DNA of 64,000 nt, taken from positions 54,560,001 through 54,624,000 of the forward strand of contig OX597815.1 of assembly GCA_951406725.2 (NCBI GenBank), read 5' to 3'. Of the stretch, positions 1 through 12,200 are shown piece by piece. The notes under the pieces were generated by a model. It had not been told where the DNA came from. It was given only the letters and a program-made list of their open reading frames with translations, and did no database searches. The position numbers were made by a program, and so were the translations under genes. Each line of letters starts with the position of its first letter. Position 1 is the stretch's first letter. Source of the stretch: Octopus vulgaris (taxonomy: Eukaryota).

Positions 1-2
1 GT

Positions 3-512
3 GGCATTAGTAAGGCCCTTGATGGTACTGAGGACGATTTATTGTTTGAAGAAGATATTGATGAGCCAGATCCTATTGCAGAGAATTCCAGTGATAAAGA
101 GAATACCGGTAATACGGATGGTAACAGCGAGAATGAATAAGTGCAACTATTTATATGAATTCATCACATTTACTGTACGTTGCTGATTGGTTTCTACCAC
201 TTCTTATCAGTATATTTGTTTTTGGTTTGTATGTACCAGGATTCATTGATACCAATGTATATTTCTTTTTTTGCTATGGCAAATTTAATTCACTTCCTTT
301 AAAGGTAAGTGTAAAGTTCCATATGATTTCACGCTTTATTTCAGTATACTGTCACAATATTTTATTTCATGCACAGAATCATACAATTTTCCCAACAAAA
401 CCACTTTAAAATATCTGTCAATAAATCTATGATGTAACATACTGAAGTTGCTCTTTTCCGCAAAATATCCTTCTGAAATAGGGGTGCGTCCAGTGCGCCA
501 ACAAATGCGGTA
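3..512 (+). mobile_element. 3' end of a pogo-like (Tc1/mariner superfamily) DNA transposon: transposase C-terminus plus right TIR
   Basis: Frame 3 (3-140) reads GISKALDGTEDDLLFEED...ENE*, matching the pogo C-terminal CGISNALDGxEDD motif and acidic tail. 481-512 GGGGTGCGTCCAGTGCGCCAACAAATGCGGTA resembles a pogo right TIR ending in TA. Confidence 0.7.
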
Positions 513-777
513 ATTATATTTATCCATCAGTCCGTCCGTCAGTCCATCCGTCCGTCCATCCATCCATCCATCCATCCATCCATCCATCCATCCATCCATC
601 CATCCATCCATACCTGTGTGTGTATGTACAGATGTATGTATGTATGGATGGGTGGATGGATGGATGGATGGATGGATGGATGGATAAATATAATTACCGC
701 ATTTGTCGGTGCATGGACGCACCCCTATTTCAGAAGGATATTTTGCAGAAAAGAGCAATTTCAGTATGTTACATCAT
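429..777. repeat. Inverted repeat: ~100-bp unique arms plus inner (CCAT)n/(ATGG)n arms
   Basis: 429-528 is the reverse complement of 678-777 with a few substitutions. The inner tetranucleotide tracts are also complementary. Confidence 0.9.
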
Positions 778-809
778 GTATATATGTATGAATGTATGTA
801 TGTATGTAT

Positions 810-1064
810 GAGTGAGAGTGCAGTGTGTGCCATCAAAGTGACACTGGGACACAAATACACGAAGCCCAGTATACCTATCATAACTACAACGGTCTGTTAA
901 GAGTGCACCAGGCAAATGCACAACACCCACATGTGTGCAACATGGTGATCTCATGTCACGATAAATAGCACTTGACTCTGAAGGTGGGACCCAGTTATAA
1001 TTTTATTCATGTTGAGTAGCCTGTTCCGCTCAAACGGTCCTTGCATAAGGGTTATTTAAGGATG
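810..1064 (-). mobile_element. Partial copy of the ~550-bp non-coding repeat family
   Basis: Aligns with 18326-18577 and with the start of the 20048 copy (GAGTGAGAG...GCCATCAAAGTGACACTGGG...). Confidence 0.8.
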
Positions 1065-1104
1065 CCACTCTGAGAGGTCAATAAGTCAGCAACTATTGTG
1101 AAAG

Positions 1105-1765
1105 GTTTGGTTGTGTGTGTGTATGTGTGTTTGCATGTATACGTAGATGGAGAGATCAATAGTGAGTGAGCTGAATGGGTGTGGCTGTATGTGTATGTGC
1201 GTGCATGAGAGGGAGAAAGGAGTGAGGTGGAGTTATGTGGGTGTGTGTTGGTATAGCTAAGAGTATGGGTATTATGTGTTTGTCTGTGTGTGTGCGCGTG
1301 TGTGGGAGTGCATGTGTGTGTGTGTTCGCACGGGGAGTGTACTTATTGTGTGTGTGTGCGCGCACGCTTGTGGATGTATGTGGTGTGTGGTATGGTGTGA
1401 GTGTGTTGTTTGATAGGGCGTGGGTGTATGAGTGGTGTGTGTATTGTATCGTAGGGTGTGATTGTGGTGTGTAATAGAGTGTAAGAGGCGGGATGACAAG
1501 GGTGTGTGCACGTTAGTGTTGTTATTAGAGTATATGAGTTTGTCGGTGTGCCTATGGATATGTGTGTATATGTGAGTGTGTGTATATGTACGTATGAGTG
1601 TGTGGGGAGCCGCTATGTGTGTGGGTGTGTATATGTGCATATGTATAATATGCCTCTGTAGGTGTGCGTGTGGCCGTGCATGTGTATGTGTATGAGTGTG
1701 TATGGCGTTGTGTGTGTGTGGATGTATATGTGAGTGTGAGTCCATGCGTATGAAGGTGTGTATAT
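1105..1765. repeat. Degenerate GT-rich low-complexity tract
   Basis: Imperfect (GT)n. The overlapping His/Thr and Val/Cys ORFs are artefacts. Confidence 0.9.
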
Positions 1766-1889
1766 GTGAAAAAAGTTAATTGAAAATACAAGTTAAAATT
1801 TTTTTTAAAAAACATGAGAAAACGAAGGAATAATAAGAATAAAGAATAATACAACATAAAAAAATCAAATTAAAAATAGTAAAAAAGGA

Positions 1890-2967
1890 AAGAGATTATC
1901 TTGAAGCAACAAGTCGCATATTTGGCGTGAGAAACTATTTATCGAAAATACGATGGACACTATCTCCAAGTTTGGAGCCACAATTATCATCCCTATTAAA
2001 TAACTGGTTAATCTTCAGATGAATTAACTGAGGGTGCTTTTCATTCACGATCGCAGTGATTTTCGACTGAAACTTGAACTTACCATACAGAGAGTTACTA
2101 CAAATAACATGGCTAGACACATCATCAACAACAACACAACCGAAGAACAGAACGAAAACAACAGCTCAATCGGTAAACAGATTCATGCTAGCTGTAGTTA
2201 TAGAAGAAACCGTAATCACAAAACTTATTTGTCTTGGAATTATGAATTAAATACTGATTTATTTAACTGCTACAAAAATGCTAAACAAAATCCCACTGTT
2301 GGTTATATGAATCGATTGAAATCGTATTGGGACGATCTGCAACTAGAATTAAATCATTTTACTGCTAAGCAATTACACCAACAAGCAACATTTGTGGAAC
2401 AAAGGAAGAAGACTGTAACTTTATTGAAAAAAGATCTGAAATTTATCTTTTCCCAACTCTATAAACGAAAATGAAAATGTGAAAGATGTGAGAATACGAC
2501 GTGGTTTCGCAATTAGCAACATTTCCATAGTGTCTGCCAGTTAAACTACATTACTGACTAAAGTAACTGACTATTGCCCCCTACTACGACTATTGTATAA
2601 CAACCACACATATTTTCCACTTAAACAGCGTCGCAGACTGCCTCTACCTAAAATGGAAAAAAGTGGCAGAGGCTTAACATCGAGCCTTTGAATATCGTAT
2701 CATATCCTTTCGGCAACATCTTTTAACCACGAAGTGTCGAAGTGCAACCTTGACCAAGTTTGCGTACATGAGACTGATAATATAAGATTTGGAAAGCAGC
2801 TCCTTGAGTAACATTCCTTGTATGATAACCTTCAACATGGATATGTTAATGGAAAGTTCGGAGATGATAGTAACATACATATATATGTACATACATGCAT
2901 ACATGCATGCATGCATACACACATACATACATACATACATACATACATACATACATACATACATACA

Positions 2968-2998
<31 letters not shown>

Positions 2999-3190
2999 CT
3001 ATCCAGATTACATTTTAGGTTTATACCTGTAATTATTGAGGAGTTGGGATATTCAATACATTATCAACATACCAACCTTGAGAAATTACGCTTCTCAAAA
3101 CCAGAAAGGAGAAAGCTAATTCGAAGACTACAGATCCAATCCATCACTGGAACTGTAAAAGTCTGTAAAACTTACCAGTTTATCATTTAT
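1890..3190 (+). mobile_element. Fragments of an R4/Dong-like LINE: N-terminal domain, post-RT motif and RLE C-terminus
   Basis: WNYELNTDLFNCYKNAK...GYMNRLKSYWDD (Myb-like N-terminus, ORF 2034-2474); DCLYLKWKK-GRGL at ~2635-2675; FIPVIIEELG...LQIQSITGTVKVCKT at ~3015-3185. Interrupted by (TACA)n at 2873-2997. Confidence 0.6.
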
Positions 3191-3322
3191 ATATATATGG
3201 GCATGTCCAAATATGCAACTATATGCATGAGAATACATACATAAAACATATACGTCTGCACATATTTACATACATGCATATATGCATACATACATACATA
3301 CATACATACATACATACATACA

Positions 3323-3354
<32 letters not shown>

Positions 3355-4069
3355 AAAACGAGGTTAAGCAAAATATTTCAGGAGAGCCATTCTACTTGCT
3401 AGAAAAGACCGTAGAGTTTAACATGAATAAATCATGCAATGAGTGGAAAATCTTCAGTTAACGGAGATTATCATTGTAATCAGATGACAAAATGTCCTCC
3501 AGTGAATACTTTAAAATCTAGAACCTAAATTCATAGGAATCACTTTCATAATAATCCAAAAATACATCATGCTGTAAGGAGTGGATTTTTATTGCATTAT
3601 TATTTTCTTATCGCATTGTCATTATTTTACAAAAGATTTTACAAGTTACTGAACCGTTCTGCAGTTTAAGTTTAGATACACACGCGCACACACACACACA
3701 TATATTTCTATAAACTTCGATTGTACTACTACTACTGCTACTACTGTATACATAATGCTCGCCTTTACCTTTATCATGTATCAATAAAGTAGTAACTTCT
3801 TTAATTTTACAGCGATTTATATGCTAAACAAAATTATTAGATGACCTGGAAAGTAATTTGTACCAAACATTCTATATTTTCCTGATATGGTACATTTAAT
3901 ATTGAATGTTCATATTTGTTAAATTCACATTCATCGTTAAATATCTCGCTAGAAAATACTACTTAGAATGCCATTGTGTACAATGGGTATAACTACTCGG
4001 TTATCACTACTATCTGGGGAACAGCATGACTGGTGCATTGTTATTAGTTTATAGGAAATATATATGTAT

Positions 4070-4690
4070 GTAGGCTGACCAAGATACACCCATGGAATGC
4101 GACCAAATGAGATCTATTTTTCAACATAGTCCTCCTTTCATTGGTGTTGTAGTTCTTGGATCCCATTGGTGAAGAAGTTTTCATACTAGTCGAAAAAATC
4201 ACCAACAGCAAATATGAAGTTCTCACAACTGTGATGCTGGTTCCCGCAGTCACACACGGTAGTCATTAGGAGCAAGTACTTATGTACTGATGCATTGTCT
4301 TGATGAAATAAGACCTCTTTCATCTGTTGTCCTGAGTGTTTCGTTTGGGTAGCCTTTCTTGACTGCCTTAGCAAATTGGCATAGTACTCCATTGATGGCG
4401 GGGGCCTTTTGAATATAGTCAATAAACACAATGCCTTTTGCATCCCAAAAATCTAAGGCCATCACCTTCTCTGCAAATGAAATGAATCTGGCCTTCTTTG
4501 GAGACTGTGAGGTAAAGTGTTTTCTCTGTATGGGTAGTCGCTTTGTCTTTGGCTCAAAATGCTGAATCCAACACTCATCCTGGATTAGGAAACAGTCATA
4601 GAAACCAGCTAGGTCTACCTCAGACAATGTCAGATTTTCCCATGATATGATCACCCTGGTCGCTTTGATAAGGTGTCAGAAGACATTGTT
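4070..4690 (-). mobile_element. Mariner transposase pseudogene fragment
   Basis: DECWIQHFEPKTK, KVMALDFWDAKGIVFIDY, YYANLLRQ and VLFHQDNASVH are mariner DD34D-domain motifs; frameshifted. Confidence 0.9.
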
Positions 4691-4731
4691 AAATGTTGTA
4701 AGGTAATTATTTGACATATAATATATATACA

Positions 4732-4782
<51 letters not shown>

Positions 4783-4861
4783 CAATTGCAGCGTGGAAGG
4801 TGTTTATAAGCCATTTAAGAAACACACAAAACCGTTAGATTCACTTCAACATTTAAGTTTA

Positions 4862-4914
4862 ATTTGTCAAAATATTTTCGTCACTTTGAGACCGTGACCT
4901 GTTCACTGACAAAT
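4862..4914 (-). ncRNA. Type I hammerhead ribozyme motif, G3-C8 core variant
   Basis: Minus strand: AUUUGUCA-GUGAACA-g-GUCAC(ggucucaaa)GUGAC-GAAA-auau-UU/UGACAAAU. Stem I is 8 bp, stem II is 5 bp, stem III is palindromic. Confidence 0.7.
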
Positions 4915-5164
4915 CATCGTGCTGCATCTCAAAGTGACGAAAATATTTTGACAAATTAAACTTAAATGTTGAAGTGAATCTAACGGTTTTGTGTGTTTCT
5001 TAAATGGCTTATAAACACCTTCCACGCTGCAATTGTTTTCGTTCCAGCACACGATCTCAGGTCAAGTCACTCGCTATGCAAGTACATCTCCGTAATACCG
5101 CGTGTGTACCGTTGGCGATTTTTTTTCCTCTGTCTTCCCTTCTCTGGATCTTTCCTTCTCCTAT

Positions 5165-5199
5165 GTTTCTGACGAAGAGCTCCGCTCGAAACGTTAGAC
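5165..5199 (+). ncRNA. Minimal type I hammerhead ribozyme motif (C3-G8)
   Basis: GUUU-CUGACGA-a-GAGC(ucc)GCUC-GAAA-cg-UU/AGAC, with palindromic stem III (AACGUU). Confidence 0.7.
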
Positions 5200-5964
5200 C
5201 CTCATTCTTTCCTTCTTTCCTGAGCATCCAATAATATTATATCTGTTCCACGTCCTCGCGTTGTTGTGTTTTTTTGTGCTTTCTTGTTTAGATTAACTAT
5301 ATATATATATATATATATATATTGAGTGTAATTTCTCGCATGTGTGTATACACTATACGATTACCACCTTGAAATAGCATTCTTTCTTTCCTGTCTTACT
5401 GGCGACCATTTGTAAACAAATTCGTATGCAAATATTCAGATCTAAAGATTGGTACGAAGACGGTAAATGCTTCAACTGAATTCGGCGTCACATCTTTTTA
5501 ACATAAAATTTAAAGTAATTTATTACAAATAAGATTGTACAACATTTTGTGTGTGAGTGGATGAATGAGTGAGTGAGTGATTGAGTGAATGAGTGAATGA
5601 ATGATTGAGTGAATAAGTGCATGTGTGTGTCTGGGTGAGTGTGTGTGAATTTGCGCGCGTGCGTGTATGTACAGTATGTATGCATGTCAGGTAGTATGAT
5701 ATATTTATGCAATACATAAAGAGAAACGAACTCATAAAGTAGTGTAAATGACAAGAGATCCATAAAAGTTCCATAAAGATATGTTCATAATCGTTGCGAT
5801 ATATGCTGGTATAACCTGTGAAGAGACAATTACATTTCACTTAGGCCTGAAATGTATGGTGTATTTTAACATAAATGACTTCTTCCCTGCACTTTCTGTC
5901 GAACACGCAGAAATTACTGCAGTTTCCGCGCGTTCGACAATTAATGTATATATATATACCGTAT

Positions 5965-6135
5965 TCGTTGCGTTCCGAGTTCAAATTCCGCCGAGGTCGA
6001 CTTTGCCTTTCATCCTTTCGGGGTCGATAAATTAAGTACCAGTTATGCACTGGGGTCGATATAATCGACTTACTCCGTTTGTCTGTCCTTGTTTGTCCCC
6101 TCTGTATTTAGCCCCTTGTGGATAGTGAAGAAATA
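5965..6135 (+). mobile_element. 5'-truncated SINE (Deu/Nin-like central domain) with target-site duplication
   Basis: Core GAGGTCGACTTTGCCTTTCATCCTTTCGGGGTCGATAAATTAAGTACCAG. Flanks GTATATATA(TA)TACCGTAT at 5946-5964 and 6136-6152. Confidence 0.9.
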
Positions 6136-6144
6136 GTATATATA

Positions 6145-6250
6145 TACCGTATATACTCTATTATAAAATGCCCTCGGCTATAAGACACACCACCGACTTA
6201 CAAGGTTCAAATCGGGAAATTTATCATTGACCCGACTATAAGCCGAAGAG
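6145..6250 (+). mobile_element. Left end (TIR) of a pogo-like element or MITE
   Basis: TACCGTATATACTCTATTATAA...CTATAAGACACACC...GACTATAAGCCG: a TACCGTA start with repeated TATAAG(A/C)C motifs. Confidence 0.55.
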
Positions 6251-6642
6251 ACTTTTTTATGTTAGAGAGCAAAGTTTGAATAGGAATCGCGCCGACATAG
6301 TTGTTGTTCGGTAACCCAGCTTTCAGTAAGCTGAAGGGGACCTACAACAACTGTTATCCTATTAAGTCCATGCATTTTAGAAACCGTTGTTTATGATTAA
6401 AATTTTATCCTTGATAACACTGTTTGACTTATTTATCGTATTCAGACTTAATTACCTCGATACTTTCCCTTTACTATTTGATTAATGCCTTTCATTATTA
6501 GGACACTTTTGTAGCAACTGACACACAAAACCATGATTGGAAAAATGCAATAACGTAAGGAAGTGTATAAAACATTGTGACAAAAATCGGAAGAATAACT
6601 GGTAAAAGTCCTCGGTTGTGATGATCTCGTCGTATGTATGTA

Positions 6643-6696
6643 TGGTGGTGGTGGTGGTGGTTGTGGTGGTGGTGGTGGTGGTGGTGGTGATGATGG

Positions 6697-6764
<68 letters not shown>
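6643..6764. repeat. (TGG)n-(TGA)n compound microsatellite
   Basis: Direct inspection. Confidence 0.95.
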
Positions 6765-8488
6765 TAGCATGGTTGGATTACAGCATATGACATCGTGCCG
6801 CACAGTTAGTTATGTAAAACAAAGTGCATGTGTGCAGTGGCAGAAAATTTGGAGAAAACTGTCAATGAAAGTATGAAACATTGGAATATTGAATTGATTG
6901 GAGGAAAACAAAGACTTGGAAAAGTGAGCATCGGACGTGGTATATTTCAAGATGATAGCTTCATTATCATTTGTAGTGCCATCGATACTGCTCGGTTTGA
7001 TATTGCAAGAAATCATAATAAGGAAAAGGATATGGTCAGATAAATCATCTATTTTTAATAGATGATATAGTTTTATGCAAAAATTGAGAAGCAGCTTCAA
7101 AGTCTTGTACAAACTGTTAGCATTTCTTCATATGAGGTAGGTATGGAATTTGGAATTGAAAAGCGCGTTGTATTAATATTGGAACGAGGAATATTTGAAG
7201 AAAGCCAGGGAACTGAAATTCCTAATGAGAAAAACCATAAAAGCACTTGAGAAAGGACACTGGTAAAAGTATCTGGGAATACCTGAGGCAGCTGAATCAA
7301 AACATGAAGAGATTAGGCAAATTACATGTAGAGAGTATACAAAGACAGTGAGAAAAATATAACAGTCAAAGCTGAATTCAACAGATGTTATTGAAGTAAT
7401 AAATGTAAGAGCAGTACCGGTAATCATATATGGAACCGGAATTGTAGATTGGACATAAAGCGACCCACAGAAATTAGGCATAAAAACTAAAAGGCTGTTG
7501 ACTATTTATGGGGCCCGCCATCCAAAAGGTGATATTAAGAGACCAGTGTGGAAGAAGCTTTATTGTTGTGGAAGGGTGTATACAGATGGAAAGGAAAAGC
7601 CTACTAAAATATTTACAGAACAGCACTGTAAAAGCAGTGTATAAACGAGTAGGTGATCTAGTGTGAAATAGGAGTATTGAATCAGAATGAAATTCAAAAA
7701 GCGCACGTTAAACAGACTGAAGAAAAACATTTGCATGGTTCATTTTGGAAGGCCACTGAAGATGCATGTGGGACAAAAACTTAGGTTTGATTGAAAAAAG
7801 AAACAGAAAACATTATAGCAGCTCAAGGCCAAGCGTTAGAAACAAACAACTTGAGGAAATACGTGTATAAAGTTCGGAATGAAACGTTGGCACACACTAT
7901 CGCAGAATGCCCGAAGTTTCTCAGAGGGAATAGAAAAAGTGGAGGCATGACCACGTTGTAAACGTTTTGCACTGGAAAATTTGTTAGAAAAGGGAATTTG
8001 AAGCTGATAGTACTTGGTATAATCATCGGGTTGGAAGAGTGCTTGAGTCGGAGAAAAGCAAGATTTTATGGGATTTTCTAATTCAAATAAATAAGATAGA
8101 AAATAATGAACGAGATATAACAATAATAGACAAGGCGAAGCGAAGTTGCTTACTAATTGATCCAGCATGTCTGTTTCGTTTCATAAAGAAAGGTGAAAAG
8201 TGAAAAAAGTATACAATCACTTAAAATTTGAAATAGCGAGATATTGTAATGTCTGTAATAATTGGAGCATTAGGGACTGTGAGTGATGATATACACAAAT
8301 GGTTGAAGATGACTGGAATGGAATATCTTGTACAGCTCCTACAGAAATTTCGTTTCTTAGGAACAGGAAAGATTATCAGGGTTTTGAGCAATGGTTATTG
8401 AAAGCTAGCGAATGTCTAAGGTTACAGGTAACAAAACATTAACCACATAAATTCTAGCAGGAATAAGACCAACCCTGAGTCAAGTGCA
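6765..8488 (+). mobile_element. 5'-truncated, decayed R4/Dong LINE (RT to RLE)
   Basis: AWLDY/AYDIVPHS, IGRGIFQDDS, GMEFGIEK, AAQGQAL, ILWDFLIQ and VIIGALGTV motifs with many stops and frameshifts. Followed by (CAA)n(TAA)n. Confidence 0.85.
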
Positions 8489-8861
<373 letters not shown>

Positions 8862-8864
8862 GGA

Positions 8865-9036
8865 GAATAGTTGATTTCATCGACCCCAGTGTGTAACTGG
8901 TACTTATTTCATCGACCCCGAAAGGATGAAAGGTAAAGTTGACCTCGGTGGAACTTGAATTCAGAACGTGAAGACGGACGAAATGCCGCTAAATGTATCG
9001 CCTGGCGCGCAAATAATTTTGCCACCTCGCTGCCTA
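8865..9036 (-). mobile_element. SINE (Deu/Nin-like)
   Basis: Reverse complement of the same core (TCGACCCCGAAAGGATGAAAGG), with a tRNA-like head. Confidence 0.85.
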
Positions 9037-9235
9037 ATAATAATAACTAACTGGACCCGTGAAAATTTTCACGGATAATTTAAATATCGTCCAATGAATA
9101 GTTATCATTTAATCAAAATTGTTTAATTTGCACTATTTCGGCTAATGAAAAATTCTATTATCCTTTATGTTATATTTATTAATAATATAAGTATATATTA
9201 AGTTATTGTGAGAAAGTATATTTTAGATACATCCG

Positions 9236-12200
9236 TTACAACACTTCTCTATATACAATGTTTCTAGTGTGGGTGATTCCCCTTCTGCAACCATGGGTGG
9301 ATTCGTTTTGAGGTATCACTTTAACCCACACCTTGTTCATCGCCCTTGCTCTTGAAAAGCTACGTAAAGCTGGCCATGAGAGAAGCACGGCTATGGCAAG
9401 TGTATGCCAACTATATCGAATGTTTGTCCCTGTGCTTTATTGATTGTCATAGAACCGATGAACCGGGAACTGGGTCCGATGCAGAACGAATGGAATGTTT
9501 GCATCGCTTGGAGGAAGTTTGATTCTTGGAATCAGTACTCTCATGTGAGAATGAGATACATTTATAATTGACACTTCGATGCTATATTCGTGGATCTAAC
9601 GTACTTCCAAGCGAGTTCCGTTGCATATACCTTGTGTTATAGAGAGATTTCTAAGAAGCAAAATAATTGCTCAACTTTTAAGTTAAGGAGACGGGGAGAC
9701 ATTCCAGAAGATGTAAGAGAGTTTATAATTTTGGGATAATTTTGGGCTTCTTCTTCTTTATCAGAAGTTACTGAGTCGGTGGTTAGATATATTTTAGTTT
9801 CAGTGGGCAATCTACTTAGACTTTCTTCATTTACTGGTAAGCTGTTCGAATTTTTAGGGGACAAGATCACTCTATTTTACATTTCTTCTGCTGTACAATT
9901 GTAAAATATATCAGATACTAAAGAAATGTTACATATGCAAGCCTCAGGAATATCAATAGTATATTCTGCGAGATTATCAATACATCTTTCAAGAAATCCA
10001 CTTCCAAGTTGTAGCCGCCTCGAAAAACCTTGTTCATTTGCATTCGTTCTCATGTTTGCGTAAGTTGCATTTGATGGACATTATCCCATATAGAGGAGCG
10101 TTTGATGCAGGCATCAAGTAAGGCTGCAGGTGGGGCTCTGGGAACACCTGCAAGAACTTGTCTAAAACCTCCTAGTACGATAATTTCCCCACCAAATATA
10201 CTATTACTATTCATAATACCTCTTGAACAATTATCTGTAGCTTCCAAAGCATAGACTGGTATCATTGAAGCTTCGTTAATAATGAAGACCTAAGTATGTT
10301 TCCTTGATCAGAATTTGATGAAAAAATTCACACACATGTTTCACTCACAGGAACTGGAAGCTTGAATATACTGTGAAGAGTTTTACTATCTTTCAAGAGT
10401 GTTGCAGCAATACCAATCCAGGCAGATGTACACCCTGTCATATTGATACCAGTAAGGTAATCGTAAATCACATTGAACAAAAATGTTTTTCCTGATCCAC
10501 CTGGTGCGTCCAAATAAAACAATCTACTATTAATTTCTTCTCTGAAAATGCAGCCTCAGTCACGCAATTAAATAGTTCTCTTTATTCAATGTTCAATAAA
10601 TTTGGATTTACAATTCGTTGTTCTGTATTATTTTTATTTTTAGGGGGCTCTCCGACTGGTTCGGGAAGACCCAACATGCTACAATGCAAGCCATTTTCTC
10701 CAAATATGGCATTTCTCAAATGAAGAGCAATATTTTCAGCAGTAGTGTTGTCATTTCTTAGCATGAATTCTATCATGAATTCTTTGTTTTCATTCCATAA
10801 ATGCAAAGCATTGACGAGTTGATTGAAAAGGCAAATTATAGCTAACATGTTTAGAAGCTGCCGTGGCATTTGATATGTTGCTACTTCTGTCAAAGTGTCT
10901 TGTAGTTCATTATCATTATCAATAAGTCTCAATGTAATGCACGCCTCTTTGAAAGTTTCAAATTCTTCACATTCAACAGTTCTTAAATGACTGAAAGTCG
11001 CACCAGGGATATGCATGAGTAGCATCCTCAAATGAAACTTTTCTACATTACATGGCCTTTGCTGAGTACATTCTGGTTACAATATTATGGAAGCGCGAAA
11101 GCAGCGAGATGGCAGAAATGTTAGCACGCCGGGCGAAATGCTTAGCGGTATTTCGTCTGTCTTTACGTTCTGAGTTCAAATTCCTCTGAGATCGACTTTG
11201 CCTTTCATCCATTCGGGGTCGATAAATCAAGTACCAGTTGCATACTGGATTCAATCTAATCGATTGGCCCCCAACCCCAACATTTCAAGCCTTTTGCCTA
11301 GAGTAGAAAGGAATATTATGGAAGCGCAGTCGCCGTGTCCACTTTGTAGTCTGCTTGTGAAACATATTGTTCAGGGATATCACAGTAAAGAAGATTTCTA
11401 TCATTCTTTTCAGACTGATTTAGCTTGAACCAAGCGGTTAAATGTGTATCACGTTCTTGTGCTCGTGCAGCTGCTTGTCGTTGCTCTCCTGCTATGTAGT
11501 AGACTTGCTGTTCATCGGGTAAATGTAAAGTCAAACGGTATACCGCGCGGGACTGCCCATGCATTTTGATCTCCGATAATCGCCAAAGTATTTCAGGTGG
11601 AGACACGTACCTGCATGAAGTATATTGTTTTATTTCGTTGTATTCATGTACATTAATTTGTTCGTTGTTGTCTGTAATGTCATTTCTTACTTCCATTATT
11701 GCACAATCGTGTACTTTTAGACATATTTGAAAATATATTTCACACTTTTCACAGAAGAGCACACGTCAACGTTAATGTGCGCATGATATTTTTTCAACAA
11801 ATACCGATTATATGGAACAATAAATATATTGTTGACTTGGTGAATTTCCACTTGTATCGTGTCTCCATTGTTCTACCGCCTGTATGCTGGATATCCTGAA
11901 ACGTTGTTGATGGTCTCTATTGGCATTTTCATTAGCGTTAGCTCGGGTATAGATTGCTTCATTTGTTTCAAGGATGTAGAGCTGACCATATATTCTCTGT
12001 CCAGTTTCATTTGGATGCAGATGCAAGCATAATGATATATTTGACCTTGTAATCGGAAGTACAAAGGGCCAGGTCCTGGCGGAGATTTGATATTACCGCC
12101 AAAAGAAACAAATGCAAAGGCAGAATTATATTTTATGTTGTTCCTAAAATTAGACCCTTCGTGGTTATTTACATCAAATAAGTGCCTAAGATTACAAGGA

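Larger units (their letters stand above)
4781..5298 (+). mobile_element. Non-coding PLE-end composite with a 111-bp inverted repeat, inserted in (TA)n
   Basis: 4781-4891 is the exact reverse complement of 4927-5037. It carries two hammerhead motifs and has (TA)n on both sides. The 3' end is shared with the arms at 36685 and 37283. Confidence 0.75.

Noticed and set aside
1156-1857. His/Thr-rich ORFs (also the YI/CV-repeat ORFs at 40216, 48015 and 55871)
   Set aside because: They arise from (GT)n, (TA)n and (TACA)n low-complexity DNA.
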